From: an uncultured Flavobacteriaceae bacterium
GTDB lineage: Bacteria; Bacteroidota; Bacteroidia; Flavobacteriales; Flavobacteriaceae
Direction of reading: 5' to 3'
Assembly (NCBI GenBank): GCA_943787365.1
Contig: CALSMD010000006.1
Span: 11,984-75,983 of the forward strand
DNA length: 64,000 bases
Shown: positions 62,520 through 64,000 of the stretch, piece by piece
How the letters are laid out: every line of letters starts with the position of its first letter
How positions within the stretch are numbered: the stretch's first letter is position 1
Program-made: the position numbers and the translations under genes
The notes under the pieces: generated by a model
Database searches by the model: none
What the model was told of the DNA's origin: nothing
The model's input: the letters and a program-made list of their open reading frames with translations, nothing else

Positions 62520-64000
62520 ATGAAAAATATATTTAAATTCATTTATGCTTGTTTGATGCTATCAATCGTAAGCTGTAATGATGCCATTGAAATCGAACAA
62601 CCGGGTCGATTGGGCGCAGAAAATGCCTTTCAAAGTGTTTCAGACTTAAGAGCTGGTCTATTAGGTGCTTACAATTTCCTAGATACTACTGGTGAAATTG
62701 GACTGACAGCAGCGATGACAGATGAAAGCCACAGAGGAAAAGACAACGGAGGTCAAAACAATGACGAACAGAACTTTAATATTAACAGTTCAAACGCCTA
62801 TGTCTCTCGAATATGGGGGTCTAATTATGGTGCAATAGGAATGGCCAACAGAGTTATTCAAGCTGCTCCATCAATTGATTCTACAGAAGACCAAGACGAA
62901 TATGACAACGTATTAGGACAAGCACATGCGATTCGAGCTTTTGCTCACTTCCAAATACTTACATACTTCTCACCTGACTACACAGATGACTCAGCATTAG
63001 CTGGATTACTTGTAACCAGTCCTGCAGTAGACATATTTGAACCAAGACCAAGAAGTACTAATGGTGAATTCTACACGGCAATCAATGCCGATTTAGATAT
63101 GGCATCAAGTTTAATTAATGCATCCGAGGGGGTTACCTTTATGGGAGCTGATTTTGTAACAGCACTAAGAGCTAGAATGGCTGCATACAGAGGACAATAC
63201 TCAGTCGCTGATGGCTATGCTGAGTCTTTATTAGCAAACTATTCTATTGCTACACAAGAAGAATACACCGCAATGTTTGAAGACAGTGATTTCACTGAAG
63301 TTATATTTAGCCTAGAAAGATCCATCGGAGATTCTTATGATGGACAAGGAACTGAAGGCGGTGGATGGGTTGGTAGCTTATTTGCTTTTATCGATGCCAC
63401 TGCAAGTGGAGGTCCATTTATGGAAATGAGTCGTGCAGTATTTAACATCTTAGATGGAACAGATGATGTACGTTTAAGTAGAAACTTAAACATTGCAGAA
63501 TCAACTATAGATCCTACATACGAAACTAATGATAATTATCTTAACGATGATATGTTATTAGTTTTTAAATATCCTGGAGGAACGCAACCACTTTTAAATG
63601 ATCTTAAAGTTTTCAGAGCTTCTGAAATGTTATTGATCCGAGCGGAAGCTGCTGCCGATGCAGGAGATCTTCCAGGAGCTGCAATCTTACTTAATCAATT
63701 AAGAGATGCACGATATGGATCAGCACAATCTGAATATTCATTTAACACTCAAGAAGAGGCATTTAAAGGAATTCTTGACGAAAGACGTTTGGAGCTTTTA
63801 TTTGAAGGTCACAGATGGGTGGATTTAAAACGTTTAGGATCCAGGGCAGAACTAGAAGAAGGTAAAATCGATAGAGATGCTAAAGAATGTGAAAACTTAG
63901 CAGATTGTACCTTACCGAAAACTGATTACAGATTTACATTACCAATTCCTTTAAGTGAAACAACTGCAAACAGCGGGGTTGATCAAAACGATGGTTATTA
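62520..64000 (+). CDS. SusD/RagB family lipoprotein (stop codon apparently cut by window end)
   Basis: Not in ORF track; ATG 62520 MKNIFKFIYACLMLSIVSC (lipobox), FRASEMLLIRAEA, ERRLELLFEGHRWVDLKR, LPIP..E...N...QNDGY followed by TA at the edge. Confidence 0.94.
   Translation, partial: MKNIFKFIYACLMLSIVSCNDAIEIEQPGRLGAENAFQSVSDLRAGLLGAYNFLDTTGEIGLTAAMTDESHRGKDNGGQNNDEQNFNINSSNAYVSRIWGSNYGAIGMANRVIQAAPSIDSTEDQDEYDNVLGQAHAIRAFAHFQILTYFSPDYTDDSALAGLLVTSPAVDIFEPRPRSTNGEFYTAINADLDMASSLINASEGVTFMGADFVTALRARMAAYRGQYSVADGYAESLLANYSIATQEEYTAMFEDSDFTEVIFSLERSIGDSYDGQGTEGGGWVGSLFAFIDATASGGPFMEMSRAVFNILDGTDDVRLSRNLNIAESTIDPTYETNDNYLNDDMLLVFKYPGGTQPLLNDLKVFRASEMLLIRAEAAADAGDLPGAAILLNQLRDARYGSAQSEYSFNTQEEAFKGILDERRLELLFEGHRWVDLKRLGSRAELEEGKIDRDAKECENLADCTLPKTDYRFTLPIPLSETTANSGVDQNDGY

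Overview
Chromosomal window from a Flavobacteriaceae (Bacteroidota) genome, inferred from the SusC/SusD pairs, the hybrid two-component system, TAnnTTTG promoters and gene order. Most of it is core housekeeping. It holds the dcw cell-division cluster (mraZ to ftsZ, with an MraZ operator), a mixed metabolic block (engB, pafA, mlaE/F-like, DUF389, Man-1-P guanylyltransferase, SprT, argS, two amidinotransferase-fold enzymes, gltA, eno, carA) and the str/S10/spc/alpha ribosomal superoperon. Accessory material lies at both ends. On the left (1-7230) an AT-rich polysaccharide-utilisation block (SusC, HTCS, sulfatase) abuts the 3' end of tRNA-Arg(TCG). The junction has a 301-bp-period tandem unit made of a tRNA 3'-end or degenerate copy, a terminator hairpin and an unannotated 56-aa two-TM ORF, intact in one copy and a pseudogene in the other. 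On the right are a TamA/BamA-like gene, a 117-aa chimeric ORF that looks like an in-frame deletion scar of a susC-led operon, and an intact susC-susD pair. Several ribosomal-operon spacers carry candidate regulatory RNA structures. No CRISPR array, rRNA, integrase or transposase was seen. All alignments and structures were read by hand; no database searches were run.
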